57,645 nt of DNA, filler included, from Squatina squatina (GCA_031763465.1; 3 parts of 3 records of this genome joined end to end with filler, not necessarily neighbours in it); one strand, 5' to 3'. Shown: positions 13,366-25,718, counted from the whole stretch's first letter. Made by a program: numbers and translations. The notes: generated by a model not told the origin, from the sequence alone.

Positions 13366-13704
13366 GTATTTCCTCATATGATGCAAGTTCTTTCTCTTAT
13401 CTAGCTTGTCCTCCAGCAAAGTTACACCAGGTAAAATGACATTCATGCTTTCTCAGCCTCCTTAATATGAAAAAGCGCATCTGAAGGCCTTATGAAGTAG
13501 CTTCACCTTCAGTAAGGAAGAGTACGCACAATGATCATTTTGACTGATATAACATAGCCAGGTTGGAAACAGCAGGATGCAACTGGGTTGGGACAGAAGC
13601 CGTCACATTAGGTCCAAAACAACCTGCTGGAGATTGCCGTGATACTTTACAAACACGCACTGGGAGTTTTAACACTCTTAACTTTGAATCTCATNNNNNN
13701 NNNN

Positions 13705-13940
13705 GCTCGATTTCACTGCAGGAATCCACTTCAGCATCTGGGCTTCCGGCCCCCTCCCGCGAGTTATCGAGATCAGGGCAGGAGTCATCCGAAGCTTTGG
13801 AGCGCTTGCGGCTTGGACCAGCCTCCTGGTTGCTGTGCGCGGACACGTTGCTGACGTGAGAGCGGCTGTCGCAGTTGTCCTCCCCGCCACTGAAAGTGGT
13901 ATTGTCTGATTCGTGCTGTGCCTTCCTTACTCGCTGAGCT
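13705..13940 (-). CDS. RING1: RING1 (PRC1 E3 ligase) linker exon, truncated by a 10-N gap; not in the ORF track
   Basis: cttcgtag|A acceptor, phase 2; (R)[78 protein letters not shown] leads into the EIELVFRPHP motif of RING1/RNF2. The RAQRVR start and the position beside SLC39A7 favour RING1. Confidence 0.85.
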
Positions 13941-14129
13941 CTACGAAGAGGAAATGGGAGGGGGTGGTGGGAGGGGTGAGCAGGTTTAAAATGTATCTGT
14001 GCCTCCAGCTACATAAAGAGGAAGGATACAGCCATCTAGCACCCATGAGAACAGTGTTCCAAAATCCTACAATAAAGCATCTGCATTATCTATCAAAAGT
14101 AACCTGGTAAGGTCCCACAGTTGCCGTCA

Positions 14130-14450
14130 GTAAATTGACTTGTGCAGTGTACAACTGAGTCCAGAAAAACTCCGGGTTTGGTCAATGTACTGGATTAGCT
14201 TATCTTGCCCAGGATAGTAGAGGCACTACAGCTGGGGTAGGCAGAAGATAAGCACAGCCAGGAGCTTCCACACCTGATCACTATCCAGCAACTCCAGCTG
14301 GAAAAAGCACATCCGAACACAGGCTAAAGATCAACAATGAGACCGGCCACTTGACCAAGGTACTGGAGGGTAGCAAAAGTCACTTGTCTTCAAGAGAGAT
14401 GGGGAAACTAACATTGTAGATCCTATGTCACCAAAAGTCACGAGCACTGA
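14130..14450 (+). mobile_element. Degenerate ancient SINE (MER131-like)
   Basis: ggcactaca...cagccagg...cctgatcactatccagcaactccagctggaaa resembles the recalled MER131 core; heavily diverged. Confidence 0.35.
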
Positions 14451-15178
14451 AAATGTTACGGATGTGAAATTACATGGTGAGATACTAGCGCACAAGCACT
14501 TAGTGCCAGAAAACCCCTTCTATTTTTACAAACGCGTTAACGGGTTTAAAAGAAGGATTAGCGCCTCCAATGAAGTAGCAGACACAGGAATTTCAGACCA
14601 CCAAATTAACATTCTTACACAATTAGCCAAGGATGGAATTTCAAGGCCCAAGTGTCATTATAGACCACAACAGAAGAATGAACACCGGCTGCAAAAAATC
14701 TCCCAAAGTGGATACCATTCAGTCACTCAGACAGTAATTCGAATTGGGAGATATTTTCTGAAACCCTCTCAAAATACTGGCTTGTAATAGGCAGTGCAAT
14801 TCAGAATCTCCTACATTAAAAACTGTCCTGTTTACAGATCCATCTTCACATCTACTTGCAAGCCTCGTTTTAATATACTTCAAAAAGTGAACCTCCTAAA
14901 ATTTGCAGATTACAACAACTCGAGCTCCAGCACTTTCATATCCAGTGAGATTTTTTACCCTGCCTGCGAACTGCAAATATCCTGCATTTCACACCTCTCT
15001 CCTAACAGACTGACTCTTGGCTTCTTCCTTTCACCATTTGAACGTCCTGGGATGCAAGGCCCCTCTTCGGGCCAGCAANNNNNNNNNNNNNNNNNNNNNN
15101 NNNNNNNNNNNNNNNNNNNNNNNNNNNNNNNNNNNNNNNNNNNNNNNNNNNNNNNNNNNNNNNNNNNNNNNNNNNNNN

Positions 15179-15640
15179 CTGCAAGGATCAATGCTTGGGT
15201 CTCAGCTTTTTACAATCTATATTAATGACTTAGGTGAGGTGACCAAGTGTAATGTATCCAAGTTTGCTTACAATACAAAGCTAGGTGGGAATGTAAGTTG
15301 TGAGGAGAATGCAAAGAAGTTTCATGGGGATATAGACAGGCTAAGTGAGGAGCCAAGAAAGTGACAGATAAAATGTAATGTGGAGAATTGTGAAGTTATC
15401 CACTTTGGTTGGAAAAATAGAAAAGCAGAGTATTTTTTTAAAAAGTGAGAGCCTGGGAAATGTTGGCATTCAGACGGTCCTGGGTATCCTTATAATCGAA
15501 TCACTGAAAGTTAACATGCAGCACACAACTAAAAAAGCAAATGGTATGTTAGCCTTCTGGAGCATAAAAGTAAAGAAGTCTTACTGCAATTATATAGGGC
15601 CTTGGTGAGATCACACCTGGAGTACTATAAGCAGTTTTGG
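15179..15640 (+). mobile_element. CR1-type LINE RT fragment, degenerate
   Basis: QGSMLGSQLFTIYINDL...SKFAYNTKLGG (decayed FADDTK), followed by frameshifted ORF2 sequence. Confidence 0.85.
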
Positions 15641-16222
15641 GCCACGGAATTCAGCTCTGCCGTGCCCATTTTTTGCGGTGCTACGGGTGCTGTTTTGTAT
15701 CCAAAATGGTGTCTGCGCTGTACATGCAACTTCTGGTGCAGGCCGCGCCAGATGCCACTTTGGTGAGGTTGTTAGCACGGCACTGGGAGCGCACGGCGGA
15801 AGTAGGCAGATTGTGATGAGAGTTTGACACCAGTGCTGCCATTTTCGATCTCAATGCTCCAGCTAACGCTGTCTCTNNNNNNNNNNCATCAACTGCTTTC
15901 AGGCTAGTTGCTGATTGATTTCTGCTGGCTCTTGGTGAGTTTGTAGCTATTCTTGTGGGTTGGCATCTTATTTAATGTTGCTGATGTCTCCAGGGAGTGG
16001 TGTGGGAGGTTACTTCAAGGCTTCTGCTCAGACCAGTTGCTCCCAGACATGGGTGCGGTAGTTTATATTTCCACAGGCCTGCAGCATGACAGGGAGAATG
16101 AGCAGAGGCAACACAGAGGAGGNNNNNNNNNNNNNNNNNNNNNNNNNNNNNNNNNNNNNNNNNNNNNNNNNNNNNNNNNNNNNNNNNNNNNNNNNNNNNN
16201 NNNNNNNNNNNNNNNNNNNNNN

Positions 16223-16656
16223 TGCAGGACAAAACTAACCTTCTGTGTGAGCTGATGCCCTCACCATCCGAATGCGATCGGGGCCAGCCAGAAAATCTGT
16301 ATTCCCTGTACAGCGCCATGTGACCCTCCCCCCTCCGGCGGTCCGCACCGCGCATGCTCAGGACACACTCCCTGGGACCTGTCAATCATCCACCACTGCG
16401 CCTGTGCGCTAGGTCCCTGAGCTTCAGGCTGCCGTTCGGGACTTTCTTTTTTGCGAAGTCACAATCAGTGAGTTTTCCCTGAGCTCCGATTGAGTACAGA
16501 AATGGGAGAGAATGAAGGTGAGTCAAAACCTACGATCCAGGACGTGAGCAGAGCTTAGTCAGTTTGGCAGAGTGCTCTCGAGGGACCCATGGCGGGCCGG
16601 ATTGAGCCTTTGGCGGGCCAGACTCTGGCCCACGGGCTGCCTGTTGGACAACCCTG
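16223..16656 (-). mobile_element. hAT (Charlie/SPIN-like) DNA transposon end, copy 1
   Basis: Colinear with 51560-52118. Terminus reads CAGGGTTGTCCAACAG on the minus strand, with a subterminal gcccgtgggcc motif typical of hAT-Charlie ends. Confidence 0.75.
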
Positions 16657-17389
16657 CTTTACAACATCTCAATTGCCTGACCTTTGAGAAGAAATTGTTT
16701 GATCATCAATTGCTTTAAGGTCAAAGTAATTACAATCATTTCACTGAAGACCAGCTCTGGGGTCTACAGTTCTTCATTTCGGACTGCTCGAACTAACAGG
16801 GACTCAGCGCACTATCGTCTCTACCTATGTCCATTTGTATGTGTGTGATGCTGAGGTTACTTATTGCCTTGGAGAAGATGGGAGCATGTGCTGAGACTCC
16901 ATGGATTCTCTGTTGAGCAAGTACCCTGACTCCTCTCTCTTCAACCCTGTATCCCAGGACACACCCACTGCTCTCCCCCCTCCCCCCACCCACCCGTACC
17001 TAATTCCAATGTTGGTGTCAAACCCTCAGCGCTCAGCGAGCACATGCTACAGTCTGCAGCTCTCTTTGGAAACCTTCAATAGGTTGCTCAAAACGTAGTC
17101 GCTGCTCCAGAAAAGCGCGGTGCTGTTGAATTCCAAATATGGTCACCACTACAAACTCCGTTCAAAGGCTTTCAACAGATAACGTTCCTCAAGCCAAAGG
17201 CCTTTGTTGCATAACTCTCACTAATAAATCCAGTAAAGATTTCAGGAGAAACTTCTTTATCCAGAGAGTGGTGAGAATGTGGAACTCGCNNNNNNNNNNN
17301 NNNNNNNNNNNNNNNNNNNNNNNNNNNNNNNNNNNNNNNNNNNNNNNNNNNNNNNNNNNNNNNNNNNNNNNNNNNNNNNNNNNNNNNNN

Positions 17390-17573
17390 CACCCGGACTG
17401 CACCAGGATTGCAAAGTCTCCGATCTCGTGAGGGACTTCGTGCAGCAAAATGGTGATGGTGGTGACAACCCCCACGTTGGTGCTGACGAGAAACGAGGCG
17501 CCGATCGCCAGCCCGTCTGTGAAGTTGTGAGTAAAGTCCGCCGCGAGGTTCAAGTATCCCGACACTTTAATAT
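17390..17573 (-). CDS. SLC39A7: Zinc transporter ZIP7/KE4 exon (TM4-TM5), truncated by gap
   Basis: ctcag|AT; [28 protein letters not shown]...[19 protein letters not shown] carries the LIV-1 subfamily signature. Confidence 0.93.
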
Positions 17574-17869
17574 CTGAGATCGGGGAGAGAGGAATGGTTA
17601 GCGAGACAACGGCGGGAAGGCTGGTGCGTCCCAGCGTGGCACCCGACATCTGCTCGAATCTAATTTACGCCATAAGCCCCAGGGAACTGCCGCCACCGCG
17701 GTTCACGGGACCGTGACTGGCCAGGCGGAGTTTGCGAGCCCGTCCGGACGGTCACTGCCCGACAGTAGACGAGGTAGCAGGGTTGCTCTCCTCCTGCTCC
17801 CGCTCCCGCTCCCGCTCTCCCGCTCCCCCAATCTTTGTGATCAGGACCATCGTAACACACAGCACTCAC

Positions 17870-18001
17870 CACTTCCCTGCGCCTTGGTTTCGGTCTTGGC
17901 GGCGGGAGTTTCGGCCTTCCTCCGTCTGACGCCCCCCCTCGGTTCACCGTGCGTGTTCTCCTCCTCCTCCCCCGAGCTCTCTTTGGCCTTCGGAGCAGTG
18001 G
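17870..18001 (-). CDS. SLC39A7: ZIP7 cytosolic loop exon
   Basis: ctttag|CC...GTG|gtgagt, 132 nt, phase 1-1; TAPKAKESSGEEEENTHGEPRGGVRRRKAETPAAKTETKAQGSG splices in frame to the 17573 exon. Confidence 0.8.
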
Positions 18002-18121
18002 CTAAAGTGGACAAAAACAAANNNNNNNNNNNNNNNNNNNNNNNNNNNNNNNNNNNNNNNNNNNNNNNNNNNNNNNNNNNNNNNNNNNNNNNNNNNNNNN
18101 NNNNNNNNNNNNNNNNNNNNN

Positions 18122-18270
18122 CCACAGGGGACGCCTGCACTACCTGCCTTCTTCGGCTGTGCCTAGTGGTCACCCATTTCCTTCCTGCCTGTGCAGCCTT
18201 TACCTGCGGTGTGACCAACTCACTAAACGTGCTTTCCACGACGTCCTCAGCATCAATTGTATATCCATTC
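18122..18270 (-). mobile_element. CR1-type LINE ORF1 fragment
   Basis: AEDVVESTFSELVTPQV...WVTTRHSRRRQVVQASPV resembles the CR1 ORF1 region upstream of the esterase domain (recalled similarity). Confidence 0.6.
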
Positions 18271-18278
18271 GCAGCTCT

Positions 18279-19176
18279 AATGTGTGTGTGTATATAAAGT
18301 GTGTGTGTATATATAATGTGTGTATGCCTGTGTCTTTATAATGTGTGTGTGTATATATAATGTGTGTGTGTGTATATTGTGTGAGTGTATATAGTGTGTG
18401 TACATTTTGTGTAGCGTGTATAGTGTGTGTGTATATATAATGTGTGTGTATATAACGTATATATAGTTTGTGTGTATATATAGTGTATGTGTATAGTGTG
18501 TGTGTGTATGTTTGTACATTGTGTAGTGTGTATAGTGTGTGTATATATATAATGTGTGTGTATAGTGTGTGTATATATAGGTGTGTGTATATACTATGTA
18601 TATAGTGTGTGTCTATATATAGTGTGTGTATATAATGTGAGTGTGTGTATATAAAGTGTATGTGTATAGTGTGTGTGTATATAATGTGTGTGTATAGTGT
18701 GTGTCTATATATAGTGTGTATATAACATGTATATAGTGTGTGTGTATATAGTGTATAGTGTGAGTATATATAGTGTNNNNNNNNNNNNNNNNNNNNNNNN
18801 NNNNNNNNNNNNNNNNNNNNNNNNNNNNNNNNNNNNNNNNNNNNNNNNNNNNNNNNNNNNNNNNNNNNNNNNNNNNNNNNNNNNNNNNNNNNNNNNNNNN
18901 NNNNNNNNNNNNNNNNNNNNNNNNNNNNNNNNNNNNNNNNNNNNNNNNNNNNNNNNNNNNNNNNNNNNNNNNNNNNNNNNNNNNNNNNNNNNNNNNNNNN
19001 NNNNNNNNNNNNNNNNNNNNNNNNNNNNNNNNNNNNNNNNNNNNNNNNNNNNNNNNNNNNNNNNNNNNNNNNNNNNNNNNNNNNNNATATAGCGTGTATA
19101 TAATGTGTGTGTGTATATATAATGTGTATATAATGTGTGTGTGTATATAGCGTGTATATAATGTGAGTGTGTGTCT
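18279..19176. repeat. TG/TA low-complexity microsatellite field
   Basis: Directly visible; spans a gap. Confidence 0.95.
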
Positions 19177-19276
19177 NNNNNNNNNNNNNNNNNNNNNNNN
19201 NNNNNNNNNNNNNNNNNNNNNNNNNNNNNNNNNNNNNNNNNNNNNNNNNNNNNNNNNNNNNNNNNNNNNNNNNNNN

Positions 19277-20159
19277 GGCCGGCCGGGCGAAGCTGGCGGG
19301 CACGGTGTCTACCGGCCGGGCCTCCGCCACCTGGGATAGCGGCTCCGCCCCCGCCAGACGCCTCACCAGGGCCAGCTCCTCGTCTGGGAGGCAGTCCACC
19401 ACTGACACTCCGTGCCGGAGGGCCGACTCCAGCACGCAGGGTGGCTGCCGGGCTCCGGACAGCAGCAGTCCCACCCCCAGACCCTGCAGGCATGCCAGGG
19501 ACTCATCCATCCTGCCTCGCACCCAGGCTCGAGCCTTCGCCAGGCCCACAGGCGACTCCAGCCGCAGGGTGCAGCCGGCCTGGGTCAGAGGGGGGAGCAG
19601 GCTGCAGGCTGCCACCAGCACCCGGGTTTCACCCTGGCCGCTGCAGCGCACCGCGAAGCTGCGGCTCAGCGGCAGCCCCTCCAGCACCCTGCTTCTGCCC
19701 ACGGGCAGCCCCGGCACCGTGCAGTGCAGGCCCAGGAAACAGTCAGCCGCCAGGCCCAGCGCATTCTCCGTCACCGTCTCCTCACCGCCCAGCTGCCAGA
19801 GGAAGTCGCAGGCCAGCCGGGTCAGGAAGGGGGCGTGAGCTGCCCCTACCTTCCCCGCGAAGTAGGCCCCCAGCACCCGGGCTGCCCACTCCCCGGGCAG
19901 GCACAGCCGCCCACTGGAGAGGCAGAGGGCCGAGGTGCAGTGAGGGGCCAGGCTCTGGCCCAGCACCTGCTCCAGCACCTCCTGCTCCAGGCTGGCCAGC
20001 CCCCCGGCCGCCCGGAGCCGCCATGCGGTCACGCCCGCTAGCCCCTCACTCCCCGCCTCTGCTCGCACTCCTCGCAGCATGGCGGCCAGCAGCAGGATGA
20101 AGGACTTGGCTCCGTCTCCGGTGACCCTGCAATGAGCCGACACGCACCGCACCATCAAC
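19277..20159 (-). CDS. BBS10: Chaperonin-like BBS10, large second exon, 3' end lost in gap
   Basis: tctccccacag|G, phase 2; (R)LMVRCVSAHCRVTGDGAKSFILLL matches BBS10 RMIVDCVSSH..TGDGAKTFIIFL. Also shows YFAGKVG and VPGLPVGRSRVLEGL motifs; open for ~290 codons. Confidence 0.88.
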
Positions 20160-20405
20160 CTGTGGGGAGACACAGCAGGCCCTGAGAGAGCGGTCGCAGC
20201 TTGGCAAAGACACCCAGAAATAATCACCCGCTCATAAACGCCCACATTAAACACCCGCTCATAAACAGCCACCCCATAAACGCCCATGTTAAACACACAC
20301 TCATANNNNNNNNNNNNNNNNNNNNNNNNNNNNNNNNNNNNNNNNNNNNNNNNNNNNNNNNNNNNNNNNNNNNNNNNNNNNNNNNNNNNNNNNNNNNNNN
20401 NNNNN

Positions 20406-20562
20406 TACACCGTGGGCCTCTCACGGTGCGTCATTTAACCCCCTGTACACCGGGAGCGTCTCACGGTGCAGCATTTAACCCCCTGTACACCGGGAGCGTC
20501 TCACGGTGCGGGATTCAACCCTCTGTACACCGGGAGCGTCTCACGCTGCGGGATTTAACACA
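20406..20562. repeat. 40-bp tandem repeat (~4 copies)
   Basis: Unit tacaccgggagcgtctcacggtgcagcatttaaccccctg. Confidence 0.9.
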
Positions 20563-21210
20563 GTGCCTCGCAACTCCCATTTTCACTGGCCAACCAGAAA
20601 GTGAACGGAGTCTTCGTTAAACGATTGGATGACTCTTGGATGGCATTGAAGCAGCCTGTTTTTGGACCACCAATATCGTTCATAACTAGAGAAAATGCAA
20701 GCACACACACAGTTTGCAAATCGCCAGACGCTTTTTCCGCCAGAGGGTTTTTTTCGCACAGCAGTGACCGGGGAGATTAATCTTCAATTCTCAGACAATC
20801 CTGGAGGTTTTAGCAACGCTACTCCTGGAGATGGAGAGGTTCTGCAGGGATTTCAGGGGGAAGGGCATCAGGCATATGAAGCTGGGCCTCACAGTCATCC
20901 AGAAGGTGGACAGTTTTGTGGTATGATGTTATGGGAGGTCATCAAGGAAGCTAGATGAGTTCAAGAGACAACCTGTGGAGACGAGGTGTGGGGGGAAGGG
21001 GCTAGATGTTCACCCTGTGTCCGATCCCCAACCCCAGTTTTCAGACCAGGCAGGCATGTGGAATCTCTAGCCCAAGGGATTGAGAGGCAGGCGGGGTCGA
21101 TCGATGAGAAAGTTTCCGATGGCCGGTTGGGTCAGAAGGCCTTCTGGTGAAATTTCTTTCGCTCCGTTTGACCGTGGCACTGATTGCTCTCTTGTCTGTT
21201 CTCTCTGCAG

Positions 21211-21378
21211 CCGATCCCGTAGATGTTTTACAAGTGTTGCAGTTTAATACATTACCTGAAGGAGTAAGGAAAGTCACAGGCTTCTGTCCCAAAAGGAAAT
21301 CCGTCTCCAGTTCAGATGTGGCTTACAGAATATCCAAAAAGGCTCAAATCAGCGCCCCCACCAAACAGCTGTTCCCAG
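21211..21378 (+). CDS. COL11A2: Collagen XI alpha-2, N-terminal TSPN exon
   Basis: ctgcag|CC...CCAG|gtaagc, 168 nt; [25 protein letters not shown]...[21 protein letters not shown]. Clade B fibrillar collagen; A2 favoured by [13 protein letters not shown] and by synteny. Confidence 0.85.
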
Positions 21379-21792
21379 GTAAGCAGGCGCTGAGTGGAAC
21401 GTGGCGGTGGGGGGGGGGCGAGCTCTGCCGAGTGTGTGAAAGGGGTGGTGTACAATTTGGGGAGAAGGATATGTGCCGCGTGCAGGGGAGGAGGAGCCAA
21501 AGAGTGTGACATTGGCTGGTGATTGGAGGATACTAATTAATGCATATTAGCCAGTGACCACCAGTTTCAACGTGACATCACCAACCAGTGCCTGCAGACT
21601 GGTGATCTATGGCCAATGCCAGTAAATGGGGCAATTTGTCGTGGAGCGTCTGATACTGACCATTGCTGCCTCTGACTTGAAAATGTTGTTGCNNNNNNNN
21701 NNNNNNNNNNNNNNNNNNNNNNNNNNNNNNNNNNNNNNNNNNNNNNNNNNNNNNNNNNNNNNNNNNNNNNNNNNNNNNNNNNNNNNNNNNNN

Positions 21793-24437
21793 TCAGGCTC
21801 TGGTTCAGTGTGTGGTTCAGTGTTTGCTTCAGTCTCTGGTTCAGTCTCTGGTTCAGTGTGTGGTTCAGTTTCTGGTTCAGGGTGTGGTTCCGTGTGTGAT
21901 TCTGTCTCTGGTTCAATGTGTGGCTCCGTTTGTGGTTCAGTCTCTGGTTCAGTCTCTGATTCAGTCTCTGGTTCAGTGTCTGGTTCAGTTTCTGGTTCAG
22001 TCTCTGGTTCAATCTCTGGGTCAGTGTGTGCTTCAGTGTGTGGTTCACTGTGTGGTTCAGTCTCTGGTGCAGTGTGTGGTTCAGTTTCTGCTTCAGTGTC
22101 TGGTTCAGTGTCTGGTTCAGTGTGTGGTTCAGTGTGTGTTTCACAGTGTGGTTCAGTCTCTGGCTCAGTGTGTGGTTCAATGTGTGGTTCAGTCTCTGGT
22201 TCAGTGTGTGTTTCAGTGTGTGGTTCAGTCTCTGGTTCAGTGTGTGGTTCAGTGTGTGGTTCAGTCTCTGCTTCAGTGTGTGGTTCAGTGTGTGGTTCAG
22301 TGTGTGGTTCAGTCTCTGATTCAGTCTCTGGTTCAGTTTGTGGTTCAGTCTCTGGTTCAGTGTGTGGTTCAGTTTCTGGTTGAGTGTGTGGTTCAGTCTC
22401 TGTTTCAGTCTCTGTTTCAGTGTGTGGTTCAGTGTGTGGTTCACTGTGTGGTTCAGTCTCTGGTTCCGTGTGCGGTTCCGTGTGTGGTTCAGTGTGTGGT
22501 TCAGTCACTGGTTCAGTGTGTGGTTCAGTTTCTGGTTCAGTTTCTGGTTCAGTGTCTGGTTCAGTGTGTGGTTCAGTCTCTGGTTCAATCTCTGGGTCAG
22601 TGTGTGCTTCAGTGTGTGGTTCAATGTGTGGTTCAGTGTGTGGTTCAGTGTGTGGTTCAGTCTCTGCTTCAGTGTGTGGTTCAGTGTATGGTTCAGTCTC
22701 TGATTCAGTCTCCGGTTCAGTGTGTGGTTCAGTCTCTGGTTCATTGTGTGGTTCAGTCTCTGGTTCAGTGTGTGATTTAGTGTGTGGTTCAGTGTTTGTT
22801 TCAATGAGTGGTTCGGTCTCTGGTTCAATCTCTGGGTCAGTGTGTGCTTCAGTGTGTGGTTCATTCTCTGGTTCCATGTGTGGCTCAGTTTGTGGTTCAC
22901 TCTCTGCTTCAGACTCTGGTTCAGTGTGTGGTTCAGTCACTGGTTCAGTGTGTGTTTCAGTGTCTGTCTCAGTGTGTGGTTCAGTGTGTGGTCCATCTCT
23001 GGTTCAGTCTCTGATGCAGTGTGTGGGTCAGCCTCTGGTTCAGTGTGTGTTTCAGTGTGTGTCTCAGTGTGTGGTTCAGTGTGTGGTTCAGTGTGTGGTT
23101 CAATCTCTGGTTCAGTGTGTGTTTCACTGTGTGGCTCAGTGTGTGGTTCAGTGTGTGGCTCAGTTTGTGGTTCAGTCTCTGGTTCAGTGTGTGGTTCAGT
23201 GTGTGGAATCAGTCTCTGGTTCAGTCTTTGGTTCAGTGTGTGTTTCATTGTGTGTCTCAGTTTGTGATTCAGTGTGTGGTTCAGTGTGTGTTTCACTGTG
23301 TAGTTCAGGCTCTGGTTCAGTGTGTGGTTCAGTCTCTGGTTCAGTGTGTGGTTCAGTTTCTGGTTCAGGGTGTGGTTCAGGGTCTGGTTCCGTGTGTGAT
23401 TCAGTCTCTGGTTCAATGTGTGGCTCAGTTTGTGGTTCAGTGTGTGGTTCAGTGTGTGGTTCACTGTGTGGCTCAGTCTCTGGTTCAGTCTCTGGTTCAG
23501 TGTGTGGTTCACTGTGTGGTTCAGTCTCTGGTTCCGTGTGCGGTTCCGTGTGTGGTTCAGTGTGTGTTTCAGTGTGTGGCTCAGTCTCTGGTTCAGTGTG
23601 TGGTTCAGTTTCTGGTTCAGTGTCTGGTTCAGTGTGTGGTTCATTCTCTGGTTCACTGTGTGGTTCAGTCTCTGCTTCAGTGTGTGGTTCACTGTGTGGT
23701 TCAGTCTCTGGTTCAGTGTGTGGTTCAGTATGTGGTTCAATCTCAGGTTCAGTGTGTGGTTCAGTGTGTGGTTCAGTCTCTGCTTCAGAGTGTGGTTCAG
23801 TCTCAGCTTCAGTGTGTATTTCAGTGTGTGGTTCAGTCTCTGGTTCAGTGTGTGGTTTATTCTCTGGCTCAGTGTGTGGTTCAGTGTGTGGTTCAATCTC
23901 TGGTTCAGTGTGTGGTTCAGTCTCAGCTTCAGTGTGTATTTCAGTGTGTGGTTCAGTCTCTGGTTCAGTCTCTGGTGCAGTGTGTGGGTCAGCCTCTGGT
24001 TCAGTGGGTGTTTTAGTGTGTGTCTCAGTGTGTGTTTCAGTGTGTGGTTCAATCTCTGCTTCAATGTGTGGCTCAGTTTGTGGTTCAGTCTCTGGTTCAG
24101 TCTCTGGTTCAATGTGTGGCTCATTTTGTGGTTCAGTCTCTGGTTCAGTGTGTGTTTCAATCTCTGGTTCAGTGTGTGTTTCAGTGTGTGGTTCAGTGTG
24201 TGGTTCAATCTCTGGTTCAGTGTGTGTTTCAGTGTGTGTTTCAGTGTGTGGTTCAGTGTGTGGCTCAGTGTGTGGTTCAGTCTCTGGTGCAGTGTGTGTT
24301 TCATTGTGTGTCTCAGTTTGTGGTTCAGTGTGTCGTTCAGTGTGTGTTTCACTGTGTAGTTCAGGCTCTGGTTCAGTGTGTGGTTCAGTGTTTGCTTCAG
24401 TCTCTGGTTCAGTCTCTGGTTCAGTGTGTGGTTCAGT
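21793..24437. repeat. 12-bp minisatellite, ~2.6 kb, placed within COL11A2
   Basis: Interspersed tcagtgtgtggt and tcagtctctggt variants; bounded by gaps on both sides. Confidence 0.97.
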
Positions 24438-24537
24438 NNNNNNNNNNNNNNNNNNNNNNNNNNNNNNNNNNNNNNNNNNNNNNNNNNNNNNNNNNNNNNN
24501 NNNNNNNNNNNNNNNNNNNNNNNNNNNNNNNNNNNNN

Positions 24538-24800
24538 ACTTTATATAGTTCCAGCATTACATTCCTGCTTTTATATTCTATATCTCAGCTAGTAAAGGAG
24601 AGCATTCCGTATGCCTTCTTCATTACCTTATCTACCTGTACTGCCACTTTCAGGGACCTGTGCACATGCACTCCAAGGTCTCTCACTTCCTGTACCGCCT
24701 GCAATATATTCCCGTTTATTGTGTATTTCCATTTACTGTTTGTCCTCCCTAAGTGCATTACCTCATACTTCTCTAGGTTGGACTCCATTTGCCACTGTTG
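24538..24800 (-). mobile_element. CR1-type LINE ORF2 fragment
   Basis: WQMESNLEKYEVMHLGRTN...RDLGVHVHRSLKVAVQVDKVMKKAYGML. Confidence 0.85.
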
Positions 24801-24969
24801 CCAGGTTCTACCCAATCAACTGTTTCCTTAAGTTGAAATGATATTTTGCCTCTGCATTCTCAGGATGCGAAGTGAGTAAGTGAGTTCTAGAGAAGGCGGG
24901 AGTTGCGACCCCTCCCCTTTACTATGGGCAATGATTTGTGTAACCATCTTGTTCTTGTTATTCACACAG

Positions 24970-25023
24970 GGTCCGTCAGGTCCTCAGGGTCCAATCGGCT
25001 ATCCTGGGCCACGTGGTGTGAAG
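24970..25023 (+). CDS. COL11A2: COL11A2 triple-helix exon (54 nt)
   Basis: cacag|GGT...AAG|gtgaga; GPSGPQGPIGYPGPRGVK; canonical 54-nt collagen exon. Confidence 0.9.
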
Positions 25024-25136
25024 GTGAGAATCAACGCAGAGCGTATTTTGGCTGTATTTGTGAGAGACTCTGATCGTGTGAGTCATCGTTGGTTGTCATC
25101 AGGCCCCATAACTAACTGTCCTTCTGTCTCTTTCAG

Positions 25137-25181
25137 GGATCTGAAGGAATCCGAGGGCTGATGGGACACAAAGGCGAAAAG
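25137..25181 (+). CDS. COL11A2: COL11A2 triple-helix exon (45 nt)
   Basis: tttcag|GGA...AAG|gtgaga; GSEGIRGLMGHKGEK, where GHKGEK is the COL11A2-type sequence. Confidence 0.88.
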
Positions 25182-25447
25182 GTGAGAACGTTTCATTCGG
25201 TCTTTGGTCTTCCGCATGTCCCTTTGAGTGTATTGCCAACAATGTTCCCTGTGAGCTGCGCTTTGTTCTGTGAGACCTTTTAGTGCGCGGCCCCTTTAAA
25301 CTTCTGCACGCGTGCGGTATTTACAACAGAGAAGCCGGTGAGCGGCCNNNNNNNNNNNNNNNNNNNNNNNNNNNNNNNNNNNNNNNNNNNNNNNNNNNNN
25401 NNNNNNNNNNNNNNNNNNNNNNNNNNNNNNNNNNNNNNNNNNNNNNN

Positions 25448-25615
25448 GAACCATTCCAGTAAATCTCCTCTGCACCCTCTCCAAGGCCTTGACATCCTTC
25501 CTAAAGTGTGGAGCCCAGAATTGGACCCAATCCTCCAGCTGGGGCCTCACCAGTGATTATAAAGGTTCACCATAACCCCCTTGCTTTTGTACTCGATGCC
25601 TCTGTTAATGAAGCA
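25448..25615 (-). mobile_element. CR1-type LINE ORF2 fragment
   Basis: [33 protein letters not shown]. Confidence 0.85.
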
Positions 25616-25718
25616 AGTGTCGGAGTTTGGATGGAATTCCCTTTGATCAAGGCCGTTCAGTGAACGTCCATTCACAGCGACACACAACAGAGGCTGGCTC
25701 AGAAAGGCTTCTACTCAC

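Noticed and set aside
13740-13765. Apparent frameshift in the RING1 exon
   Set aside because: Recounting the C5 run on + gives a continuous frame through SEIE.
19167-20100. Plus-strand ORFs of 209-309 aa
   Set aside because: Antisense shadows of the GC-rich BBS10 exon.
18200-20434. 744-aa ORF as a single protein
   Set aside because: It runs through N gaps and microsatellite; only 19277-20159 (BBS10) is coding.
21567-24831. Very long ORFs (815, 471, 457, 453 aa) with SVCG/TEPH repeats
   Set aside because: Translations of a 12-bp minisatellite that is stop-poor in several frames on both strands; no splice or domain support.
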